DNA of 64,000 nt from contig OZ251241.1 of NCBI GenBank assembly GCA_965240325.2, forward strand, positions 434,001 through 498,000, written 5' to 3'. This DNA is from Rebecca billardiae RCC1528. Lineage: Eukaryota > Protista > Haptophyta. Of this stretch, positions 12,727-22,035 are shown in pieces; within the stretch, counting starts at the first letter, position 1, and each line of letters begins with the position of its first letter. The notes below the pieces were generated by a model that was not told where the DNA came from, did no database searches, and saw only the letters and a program-made list of their open reading frames with translations. The position numbers and the translations under genes are program-made.

Positions 12727-12814
12727 CTCACGGCGCGACGCGGCCGCTATGCGGCATCGCCAGCCGCCGCCTCACGGCGCGACGCGGCCGCTATACGGCA
12801 TCGCCAGCCGCCGC
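12727..12814. repeat. 44-bp tandem duplication just downstream of TXNDC9
   Basis: ctcacggcgcgacgcggccgctat(g/a)cggcatcgccagccgccgc at 12727 and 12771. Confidence 0.85.
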
Positions 12815-13186
12815 GCGATCGCACATGGCACTTGCGAGCTGTGGCTCTCAGTGTCCGTCAACCGGCTGCGCGCACTACTGGGCAGTGGCACAAGACTCGC
12901 GGCGCGATCCCGGCCCCGGGGCGGCCAGGCCTGGTGGCTGGTGGCGGTGCCTCAGCCACAGGTGAGACTCAGTACTCACGAGTGTGACAGTGCGCGCTGC
13001 GATGCAGACGCGAGTCTGTCGATCGAGTGAGTGCCACGCCAACGCCCGCGTCACTATCGGCCCGCGCCCGCGCCCGCGGGGCGCAGACGGTCCGCGCCAC
13101 CGTCTGCCGTCCGTGACGACTCACTCAACTCGGCCCGGCGGCGCGGGCGCAGGCGGGCGCCGCGGTGGTCGACACTCGGGTAGGTC

Positions 13187-13503
13187 CGACGACATATATA
13201 TCGTCATTCAGCCGCCATAACAAGTCGTCGCTGACGTCTGGTCTGAGCTGCGCTGCTCAGACTGAATCTCTCATAAGTGTGATTCCGGACAGCCCCGGCG
13301 GGCCTGCACAGCTCCGCCACTGCGGCGGGCACGGCGCGCGCGCACGACCGCGCGACGGCGCGCGGACGAGTCGGTTTTGAGTGCTTCCGACGGCTGGGCT
13401 AGGCTCTGGCGGCGGACATATTATTTGTGAGTGACTCCGCAAGCGCCACGCACTTCAGACACCTACATCGGGCATGTAGTTGTCGAACTGATCATGCACA
13501 TAT
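13187..13503. repeat. Diverged interspersed repeat, copy A (interrupted by the copia insertion; continues at ~21284-21335)
   Basis: Colinear with 23926-24230: gccgccataacaagtcg..ggcgcgcgcgcacgaccgcg..gagtcggttttg.gtgcttc.gacggctgggct..gacatat..tcagacaccta..tagttgtcgaa. After the TSD it continues with aaatca..ggctgctgtca. Confidence 0.75.
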
Positions 13504-14059
13504 TGATTGGCGCTTCGCGCGTGTCGTGCGGTCCTTACTGTGTTTCGTGGGGCGAAGGGGCGTCCCCCTTGCTGGCGGTGGTTTCAGGTTGGCTGATGTT
13601 TCAGTCTGGTGAAAGCTGATGGAAGTGGCATCGAAGATTTTGGAATCTTCGTGTGCCTGCTTCCCTCGGTCGGAATGCTCTCGGAATTCCGTTGATTTCC
13701 TTCGGGTCATTGCACGAAAGCTTCCTGTGATGATCGGGACGTCTCCTCGAAATGAAAAGAAAGTTCTGATGACTGCATGGTAGTCTCTGGTCCAGTTCAG
13801 GGTACCTTCCCAAGTGGTGAAGAATCCCTGGACCCTTGGATGTGTAGTCCGAAGACCTCATGTGTGTGCCGATACTCCTTATCCTTGGAGTAGTAAATTG
13901 CATGAACAATGGCTGCTGTTGGCCTTGCTCTTGAATGGTGAAACCGATTGAATTGCATGATGAAAGTCTACTGTAGCTTGGCGGCTGAAATTGCTCAGCG
14001 CCTTGGAATTAAAGTCTCGAGCTGGGGAATGGCGCCGATGGCTGCCTTGGACTTTGACA
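13504..14059 (-). repeat. 3' LTR of the copia element
   Basis: Identical to 20723-21278 except one spotted mismatch (A13813 vs G21032). Confidence 0.95.
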
Positions 14060-14070
14060 CGCCCCCTCAA
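14060..14070 (-). other. Polypurine tract (minus strand ttgagggggcg) abutting the 3' LTR
   Basis: Plus strand cgccccctcaa immediately inside the LTR; it overlaps the pol stop codon. Confidence 0.7.
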
Positions 14071-17000
14071 TTCGAAACTGGTGTAACCATGATGTCTCGA
14101 AATTTGCTGAACTTGTCCTTGGGTAGCGCCTTGGTCAGACAATCGGCGATGTTTTCCGATGTGTGCACCTTGGTGATGTTGACTGCACCGAGGTCGACAC
14201 AATCTCGAATAAAATGGTGTCGTACGTCGATGTGCTTGGTGCGCTTATGATGAATGCTGTTCTTTGAGAGATCAATCGCCCCCTTGTTGTCCTCGTGGAT
14301 CACAATGGGAGTCTTTGGAATGTTGAGGATATCGCTGATGACGTCGCGTAGGTAAACTGCCTCTTTGGCCCCTTCCGCGAGTGCGACATATTCGGCCTCA
14401 CATGATGAGAGGGTTGTGATTGACTGCTTGAAGGTGCGCCACGATACTGGGCCGCCAGCATGGAAGTAGATATAGCTTCCGGTCGAGCGGCGATCTTTTG
14501 TATCGTTGGCCCAGTCCGAGTCCACAAACATCTCCGTCCGTGGCTGAGTAGTAGCCGTTGATGTGAAAGTGATGCCGGAATTCTTTGTCCCGGCCAAGTA
14601 CCTGAGCACTCGCTTGGCACCTTTAAGGTCGTTCGAGCTTGGGCTTGCCATGTGCCTTGCCAACATATTGACTGCATAGCTGATGTCGGGTCGGCAGGTG
14701 TTCATGATGAATAGTAGCGCTCCGACAATTGCTCGGTAGGTCTTTGATTCCTCCGGCGAGCACGATGATGAATCGTCTGTCTCGACTGCTGTCGGATGCT
14801 CTGTTGCCGATCTGCACGGGTTGTCGACGGGCGTAATGTCGCTCATGTCGTGCTTCTTGAGGAGATCGGTGATGTACTGTGACATGGAGATAGTCGTCGA
14901 CTTGGGCCCCTGGGCGATACTCATGCCTAGGAAAGTCGTTGCTGGTCCCAGATCCCGGAGGGTGAATTCTTTTCGAATTTCTCCGATAATCGAGCTGGGT
15001 CTTGCGCTGTCGGGGGAGCTGCTCAGAATAAGCAGGTCGTCCACGTACACTGCGATGACGTCGATGATGTCTCCTGAGGTGCGGACGAAGATGCACTCCG
15101 ACTGTGTGAGTTTCTTGAATCCTTTCTCTCGCAGTTTCTGGCTGAGGCGGATGTGCCATCGTCTGCCGCTCTGCTTAAATCCTGGAAGGGCCATATCCCA
15201 GTCAGCCGCGACCACGTGTCCCTCGGGTGGCTTGAGGGCACACGGGTACAGCGGGGGTAGCGTAGTGTAGATCTTCAGGCCGTCCTCCAATGGGGCTTGG
15301 AGGTACGCCGTACTCACGTCTGCGGAGTGGATGATCCAAGGTCTTTCTGGTGTTCGTAGCTCCGTCGTCAGTGCCAATAGGAGGCGTACGTTCTCGTACC
15401 GGATAGTAGGCGAGAACACCTCGTCGTAATTGACTCCTTGAATCTGGCGGAAGCCTTGACCAACCAATCTTGCCTTGTACCGTTCGATGGTACCATCTGG
15501 ATTGGCTTTGACCTTGAAGACCAGCTTCGATGGGATAATTGCTTTCCCTTTGGGAACAACGACGGGAGTGAATGTGCCCAGTCTGTCGTGGGCCTCGTAT
15601 TCTTCCATGATAGCCCTTGTCCAATCGGATGCTTGCTTGCTCTCCATCGCTTCCTTGAACGATGTAGGTACCGGGATATCTGATGCGAGCTGCGCGAGCT
15701 GCGCGCGCGCGCGCGCGCGCCGCGTCGGCGGGAAGTATGACTTGCCAGTCATGTTGCGAGTCCGCTGTGGGCGGCGATCGGCGGAGGGAGGAGGCTGCTT
15801 TGGCTGCGGTGGCGTATTGCTCTGCGATGGTCCGCCTCCAGCTCCGGGGCCGTCTCCATCACCGTCGTCGCCGTTGCCATCATCTCCCTTCTCGTCGTCG
15901 TCGGGTTTGTCCCTGTCGTCCTCGTCGTCATCGTCGTCTGATTTCTCGTCCGGCGATGGTGGATCGTCTCCTCCGCGCTCGGAGCCGCTGTCGGCGTCGC
16001 TGCTGCTGCTGGCAAACTCTTCGTCGCCCTCCTCGTTGGTGTTGCTGTCACGGGTCTTACCAGCATCTGCACCTTGAGGAGGTCGCCGAGCGCTCCACGC
16101 CAGCAGGGGGTCCCGAATTTCGCGGATCTCCTTGAAATGCGTAGAGATTCGATCCAAAATGACTTGCTCGTTGAACTTGACGTGCCGAGTGATGACGATT
16201 TTCCCGTCGTCGGCACTCAAAACGATGTATCCGTGCGATCGCTTGATGGTGCCTCGCTCGAAGATACCGTCAAATCCGTATCCCAGTAAGATGCCCTCCC
16301 GCGCGCGCGGGAGTAGCTTGTTCTGCTTGTTGATCGACTGTACGAGGTAGATGCAGGGCGAGCCCCAGACTCTCAGCTTTTGCAGGAAGGGCCCGGGCGA
16401 GGTGCCAAACATCAACTCGTGCGGTGAAACCAGCTTGCCATCGCTGGTAGGATGCTTGCTCATCAGGTTGCGTTGCGCGGCAGCGCACTTGGCTGCCCAA
16501 TACCACCATTTGTGGTGTACGCCTGAGAGGTACAGCATTGTCCTGGCGTCATTCATGATGACTCCCAGGCCACGTTCGGCGACGCCGTTCAGCTGCTGCG
16601 TGTGGGGGGGCGACATGTAGTTGCATAGCATGTCGTACCTGCGAAGGACTCGGTTCCAATTCTTTGAATGTAACTCTCGGCCTCCGTCGAGGTGAATGGT
16701 GCATCCGGCGATGCCCTTGTTCTGCATGGTGGCGGATAGAGAGTTGGCTCCCATCTCGCTGGCCATGAGGTCGAGCTTCTCCGGCGCTTCAGCCTTGTTT
16801 TGCATGTCGTAGAAGCGCATGTATCCGGAAAAATCATCGATGAATAGAGTTCCCCACCTTGGAGTCTTTGCGGGCAGCCCGTTGATGGGCCCGATGACAT
16901 CGTTGTGGAGCATCTCGAGCGGTCGAGTTGTTCTCTCACGTGTGCCCGGGAACGGCTTGGCCTTGAACTTGGCAACGTCGGAGGGCTGGTACGTGCAGGG

Positions 17001-20000
17001 CGATGCCTCCGACATCTTGTCGTTCGCGCGGTAGGTTGCGCGTACACGCTTGATATCGGCATATCCTAGTCTGGATTGCCAGAGCGTGATCTTCCGCCCG
17101 TTCTTGATCGGGTCGACGTCTGGTGGCACGTCGTCCGCGGTGGCCGGCATGGCTGTCTCGGCCTTGGGTACGACTGCCTTGAATCCGACGGTGTTGTCGG
17201 GGCGCAAATGAACCCTCTTGGGGCCGATGCGGATGTATGGTCGTTCGTCGAACACCACAGCCATTCCGACCGCGGCGAACGCGTTGACTGAAAAAAGAGT
17301 AGTATCGAGATCTTCGACTCCGACGACGTTTTCCAGGCACACCGGCACGGTTGTGTCTGAGTCGGCGTCAAGTAAGTATACGTACATGTCGCCTGCCTTG
17401 GATGCGTGTAGCTCAATGTCGCGCTTGGCGACCTTGACAGACATGCTGATCGGGTGAGCATTGTGTAGCAGGCCGAGGTTGATATCGACAAATGATTGGG
17501 ACGCGCCCGAGTCCAGATACGCGTATTGCGTCGGCTCGAGATCTGCGTCATCGGGTTCCGGGTCGATGTCCTCGTCTTGCACCATCTGGGCCCGCGGCCT
17601 CCCCGCCCGCTTTTGGGGCGGAGGTACTTTGATGAACTTGCCGTCGCGCCCGCCGGGCTTGGCGGGCGGCCTGAAGTTGCCCTGCCTTGGTGCGCCGGGC
17701 GGCCTGGGTGGCCGCAAGTCTGGATGTAGCTTCCAGCACCGCTCTGCGGTGTGATTGCGCAGCCCGCAGTGCGAGCACGTGACGGCTGGTTGTCGGCGGT
17801 CCGCCTCCTCAGTATTGAGAGCGTGCGCGGGACCGCCCCGCTTGGGGTCACGTTGCGTTGCCTGTCGTCCCTTGGGCGACTGAGTCCAACGCCTGTATGC
17901 GTCCTCGATCTGGGCGGTGAGCTGTTCGGTCTGCGCCACGCATTGCTGGGGCGACATTGAACCGTAAATAGAGATGACGGTCGAGTATACCTCTGGGTGC
18001 TCGTGCATCCCGTTGTACAACTTGAAAACGAGGAGTGTGGCGTCGTCTAGCTCTCGATAGCGTGATGCGCGTACCATCTCCACCGTTTGCTTGATCATCT
18101 CGGGGCCGCTCACCGGGGTCGGTCGGTCCGGGTAGAGCTTCTTGAACTCAGCTCGGAGCTCCGACATGGTCGATACGTTCAGCTCGTGCTCGAAGATTTC
18201 GAGCAGAGTATGTAAATTCAGGAAATTCTCATTCGGGTTCACGATGTGCCGTTTCGACTCGAGGTACGAAAAGAGACTCGGCAGCATCATGTCCTTGATA
18301 CGCTTGAAAAGTACTTCCACCGATCGCTCGTAGACGATCGTCATCTGCATGATGGTGGTGTCAGCATCCATGTTTGCGAATGCGGTTGCGTACGGTTCCC
18401 GAATAGCATTTTCGGCTGTCCACACGGCGGCCTCGGCCAACGCGTATCCGGAGAGCCTGGCCTCGACGAGGGTGACCATGGACGACGTAGTGTCGGTCGC
18501 TCTTCCCTTGAAGGAAGCCTTGACCTCGGTGACTGCGTCCTTGATCGCTCCGTGGATAGCCATTTTCGATTTGATTGTGAAGAAATTCAGCTTGTAGCTT
18601 CCGACGCCGGGCTGGCTTGTCTGCACAGCCATCATTGCATGTGCGTCGGGCAAGTAGGTGATGCAAGCTTCGCCTCCATTTCTGCGCGTTCGTGGTGACG
18701 CGTCGAGCGAGCTTGTCTCAATGTGGTCCTCTGCTGTGGCATAGCTGCCCATGTCCGACGATGTAGAAGACTCGTCCCCATCGCTGCTCTGCTGTGCGCT
18801 GTTGTCGTCACCAGTCGTGGCAGGTGGGTAGGTTGTGACACCACCAGGTGGGCCGTCGTCAGCCGGCGAGTGTCCCTCGCTCGCTTCAGAAGTCAGCCCA
18901 TAGAACTCTTTGTGCAGGAAGCATGCGACACCTGGCTGTAGGAGTGCGTCATTACAATGGAACATGAGATCGAACTTGCTTTGGTGAAGCTCGTCCCTCT
19001 CCCGCACATAGTCTCCAACTGTGTAGTTGTGACCTTGCCGCTCTGCGGCTGCTGCGATGAAGCCTCCCGAGTAGATAGTGCATCGTTTGGATGGCCGCCA
19101 AGGGCAAATATCATCGAGGCTGGCGCCTGCGTCGTTCACGACGCTCAGGCTGCGGCGATCAGCCGCTGCGACGGGTCCGTCCTGCCGGTGGAAGTGAATG
19201 CCATCATCATCGATGTCAATCCCGTCGTTCATCGCTGCAAACTGGATAATCTGCTCACATTCGAGCTGATGCTGAACTTGGATGGCGTCTGCGCATCGGT
19301 AGCTGCAGACTCTGCCCATCCCACAGATGATGCATTCGAGGGTGCAATGCATCGATGTGCACGACTGATTGTCGCATGGCTGGCGCGACTTCGGATCATC
19401 GTCGTCAATCTCACTCCACTGGCTGCAGTAGATGCCGTTGCCCATGTTCTTGCGCGCCGGGATCTCCGGGATGATGCAATCGAAGGTCTCGCCTACACCA
19501 TACCAACTGCTGACAGCCAGGAGGGGGTAAGTGCACAGGTATGAGGACATGCGATGCTTGTCGCGCGCAGCGTGTTCCCATGCTGCCTTGTTGCAGCACA
19601 AGATGGATTGGGGCCGGTCAGTCGGGTCGCTGCACATACCTCCAATGGTGAAGATGTCGTCTCCGATGTCCATCGGATCCTGGTAGACGAGTCCGTTGAT
19701 GTCGATGGCCGCATCCTTGAGCACGCTGAGGACATCATTGAGGCTCAACGCGTCCGGCGGCGGGGTCGAGCCGCGCGCGAGGTCGTCAAGCTGCGGCGCG
19801 AACTCCTCGAACGGCTCCGACCGCTCTTCGCCAGGGATCTGGCCCGGGTCGAAGGGGTAGTGGCTGTGCGGCTCCTTGAAGTCGGTCACGACGCTGATGG
19901 TCGGGAGGTCGCCCGCCATCGCGCCCGCCTCCGGCGCTGCGACGCTGCTGCCTCCATGCTGGTCGTGTCCAGTCGCAGTCGGCGACGCCGAGTCCGGGGA

Positions 20001-20723
20001 TTCCGTCTGTGTCGTAGCGTCGCGATGCAGCGACTGCGACGACGGCGAGTCGTCCTTCTGCGAGGACGGGGGCACTCGCCATTGCTCAGGGAGCACGACG
20101 GGCTGCTTGTAGTCCCAGCCCAGCGTGCCGGAGGGCCGCGGGCCGTTTGGGTACTTGTCGTGCGCCGACGATCGCTCCTGCGCGCTGGGGATCGTCATGG
20201 GTTCAGTTGCGCGCGCGCCGGTGCGCGGCGCGGCGCGCTCGGCCTCGCTGTCATGCGAGGGATGGTATCGGTGGCCCCGCGAATGGGGCGGGTGCCAGTG
20301 CGCATGCGCGGAGTTGGATGGCCTTGTGCTCTCCGCGAACCGCGTCCCGTCGTAGGGTACGAGGTTGTCGTCGCTCCGCCGGTGGTGCTTGTACTCGGTC
20401 GGTGCGTGATGCCGGCCGCCGCCGTTGCCTTGGCGACTGGGGCCTTGCTCGCCACGCGGGTAGTGTCCGTCGTGGCGGTCGCGCTTCTCGATGGAGCTGC
20501 GACGGTCCTCGTAGAAGGTACGCGGGCTCCCGCCCTGGTCGTACCATCGCGAGGATGGGAACTCGATGTCTTCCTTGCGGCCGGTGTCGTTCCGTGCCGA
20601 TCCGGCGTTGTCGCCGAAGTCGATGTCGAGGAGCATGGGGCTCCCGTGGTGGCGGAGCCGATCGATGCGGGTCCGCTTGCGCTGATCGTAGGATCGGACG
20701 ACGTTGTGCACCCGTGAGCTCAT
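14067..20723 (-). CDS. Copia gag-pol polyprotein, 2218 aa, with ~700-aa N-terminal extension
   Basis: Zn knuckle CSHCGLRNHTAERC; protease YLDSGAS; integrase HNDVIGP/LDGGRE/NGVAER; RT YKARLV.QGF.Q..GVNY, DVSTAYLQ, GFKQSGR.W, VYVDD; RNase H FVDSDWA, EAEY, EDN, KHIDVRHHF, ADCLTK. IN precedes RT, as in copia. Confidence 0.97.
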   Translation of the reverse strand: MSSRVHNVVRSYDQRKRTRIDRLRHHGSPMLLDIDFGDNAGSARNDTGRKEDIEFPSSRWYDQGGSPRTFYEDRRSSIEKRDRHDGHYPRGEQGPSRQGNGGGRHHAPTEYKHHRRSDDNLVPYDGTRFAESTRPSNSAHAHWHPPHSRGHRYHPSHDSEAERAAPRTGARATEPMTIPSAQERSSAHDKYPNGPRPSGTLGWDYKQPVVLPEQWRVPPSSQKDDSPSSQSLHRDATTQTESPDSASPTATGHDQHGGSSVAAPEAGAMAGDLPTISVVTDFKEPHSHYPFDPGQIPGEERSEPFEEFAPQLDDLARGSTPPPDALSLNDVLSVLKDAAIDINGLVYQDPMDIGDDIFTIGGMCSDPTDRPQSILCCNKAAWEHAARDKHRMSSYLCTYPLLAVSSWYGVGETFDCIIPEIPARKNMGNGIYCSQWSEIDDDDPKSRQPCDNQSCTSMHCTLECIICGMGRVCSYRCADAIQVQHQLECEQIIQFAAMNDGIDIDDDGIHFHRQDGPVAAADRRSLSVVNDAGASLDDICPWRPSKRCTIYSGGFIAAAAERQGHNYTVGDYVRERDELHQSKFDLMFHCNDALLQPGVACFLHKEFYGLTSEASEGHSPADDGPPGGVTTYPPATTGDDNSAQQSSDGDESSTSSDMGSYATAEDHIETSSLDASPRTRRNGGEACITYLPDAHAMMAVQTSQPGVGSYKLNFFTIKSKMAIHGAIKDAVTEVKASFKGRATDTTSSMVTLVEARLSGYALAEAAVWTAENAIREPYATAFANMDADTTIMQMTIVYERSVEVLFKRIKDMMLPSLFSYLESKRHIVNPNENFLNLHTLLEIFEHELNVSTMSELRAEFKKLYPDRPTPVSGPEMIKQTVEMVRASRYRELDDATLLVFKLYNGMHEHPEVYSTVISIYGSMSPQQCVAQTEQLTAQIEDAYRRWTQSPKGRQATQRDPKRGGPAHALNTEEADRRQPAVTCSHCGLRNHTAERCWKLHPDLRPPRPPGAPRQGNFRPPAKPGGRDGKFIKVPPPQKRAGRPRAQMVQDEDIDPEPDDADLEPTQYAYLDSGASQSFVDINLGLLHNAHPISMSVKVAKRDIELHASKAGDMYVYLLDADSDTTVPVCLENVVGVEDLDTTLFSVNAFAAVGMAVVFDERPYIRIGPKRVHLRPDNTVGFKAVVPKAETAMPATADDVPPDVDPIKNGRKITLWQSRLGYADIKRVRATYRANDKMSEASPCTYQPSDVAKFKAKPFPGTRERTTRPLEMLHNDVIGPINGLPAKTPRWGTLFIDDFSGYMRFYDMQNKAEAPEKLDLMASEMGANSLSATMQNKGIAGCTIHLDGGRELHSKNWNRVLRRYDMLCNYMSPPHTQQLNGVAERGLGVIMNDARTMLYLSGVHHKWWYWAAKCAAAQRNLMSKHPTSDGKLVSPHELMFGTSPGPFLQKLRVWGSPCIYLVQSINKQNKLLPRAREGILLGYGFDGIFERGTIKRSHGYIVLSADDGKIVITRHVKFNEQVILDRISTHFKEIREIRDPLLAWSARRPPQGADAGKTRDSNTNEEGDEEFASSSSDADSGSERGGDDPPSPDEKSDDDDDEDDRDKPDDDEKGDDGNGDDGDGDGPGAGGGPSQSNTPPQPKQPPPSADRRPQRTRNMTGKSYFPPTRRARARAQLAQLASDIPVPTSFKEAMESKQASDWTRAIMEEYEAHDRLGTFTPVVVPKGKAIIPSKLVFKVKANPDGTIERYKARLVGQGFRQIQGVNYDEVFSPTIRYENVRLLLALTTELRTPERPWIIHSADVSTAYLQAPLEDGLKIYTTLPPLYPCALKPPEGHVVAADWDMALPGFKQSGRRWHIRLSQKLREKGFKKLTQSECIFVRTSGDIIDVIAVYVDDLLILSSSPDSARPSSIIGEIRKEFTLRDLGPATTFLGMSIAQGPKSTTISMSQYITDLLKKHDMSDITPVDNPCRSATEHPTAVETDDSSSCSPEESKTYRAIVGALLFIMNTCRPDISYAVNMLARHMASPSSNDLKGAKRVLRYLAGTKNSGITFTSTATTQPRTEMFVDSDWANDTKDRRSTGSYIYFHAGGPVSWRTFKQSITTLSSCEAEYVALAEGAKEAVYLRDVISDILNIPKTPIVIHEDNKGAIDLSKNSIHHKRTKHIDVRHHFIRDCVDLGAVNITKVHTSENIADCLTKALPKDKFSKFRDIMVTPVSN

Positions 20724-21278
20724 GATTGGCGCTTCGCGCGTGTCGTGCGGTCCTTACTGTGTTTCGTGGGGCGAAGGGGCGTCCCCCTTGCTGGCGGTGG
20801 TTTCAGGTTGGCTGATGTTTCAGTCTGGTGAAAGCTGATGGAAGTGGCATCGAAGATTTTGGAATCTTCGTGTGCCTGCTTCCCTCGGTCGGAATGCTCT
20901 CGGAATTCCGTTGATTTCCTTCGGGTCATTGCACGAAAGCTTCCTGTGATGATCGGGACGTCTCCTCGAAATGAAAAGAAAGTTCTGATGACTGCATGGT
21001 AGTCTCTGGTCCAGTTCAGGGTACCTTCCCAGGTGGTGAAGAATCCCTGGACCCTTGGATGTGTAGTCCGAAGACCTCATGTGTGTGCCGATACTCCTTA
21101 TCCTTGGAGTAGTAAATTGCATGAACAATGGCTGCTGTTGGCCTTGCTCTTGAATGGTGAAACCGATTGAATTGCATGATGAAAGTCTACTGTAGCTTGG
21201 CGGCTGAAATTGCTCAGCGCCTTGGAATTAAAGTCTCGAGCTGGGGAATGGCGCCGATGGCTGCCTTGGACTTTGACA
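20723..21278 (-). repeat. 5' LTR of the copia element
   Basis: TG...CA ends; direct repeat of 13504-14059. Confidence 0.95.
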
Positions 21279-22035
21279 CATATATAAATCAACTTCGGCT
21301 GCTGTCAGTGGATCGCCCCTCGGTCAGCAGTATCCGGACAGTGGCAGAGTCGTTCACCGGAGTAGAGTCTGGCTTCATATATATATATATATAGTCGTTC
21401 ATAACGGCGGCGGTGAGACTGCTGCTAGCCATAATCACTGATAACGTCCGCGCTGAGTAGCTAGACGAAGTAGCTAGATCGGTACTGCTATACTAAGATG
21501 ATTCATGAGTCACGGTATACGCTCGACAGTTACAGTCGACTACTCAGTAGACCGGTACTACGCGAAGAAGGCCGTCAGTCCGACTGCACTGCGGCGGCGG
21601 CCGAGTTCACGGAATGCCTGCATTTGCCAGCAGCACTATGACTTATTGACTAGCTGTTCGCCAATATAAAATGCGCAGTGCCGACGCGATGTACGTCGTA
21701 GCCGCCACGGCGCCACTCATCACTGCTGCTTGCAAGCGCTGAGTGACCGGGAAGTGTCAGCCCGCGGCCTACCCGATCCCGTAGGGGGTCCATCTGATTA
21801 AATCGAGTTTTGATTTCTTTTCTTTTCCTTTTCAGAACTTGTTCGGCGTGTTTTCGCGATCGGCAGATTCCAAATCCGCGCTCGGCTCGGCCCGGCGCGG
21901 GAGCGGAGGCTCTGAACGGGGTCGGCAAGGCTGATGGCCCTCGTCGACGGCCGTCCGCTCGCCATTGGGCGCGCCCACATCGGCGCAGGCGCCTCGCCGA
22001 GCGACTCGGTGGACACGGACACGTAGCCACGGTTC

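Larger units (their letters stand above)
13504..21278 (-). mobile_element. Full-length Ty1/copia LTR retrotransposon (7775 bp)
   Basis: Two 556-bp LTRs with TG...CA ends (13504-14059, 20723-21278). 5-bp TSD CATAT (13499-13503, 21279-21283). Purine-rich tract next to the 3' LTR. Intact gag-PR-IN-RT-RH ORF. Confidence 0.97.

Noticed and set aside
13601-13909. Identical short ORFs in both LTRs
   Set aside because: A consequence of LTR duplication; no evidence of coding.
19554-20717. 387-aa antisense ORF inside the copia 5' region
   Set aside because: No recognisable motif; explainable as a shadow of the GC-rich polyprotein frame.
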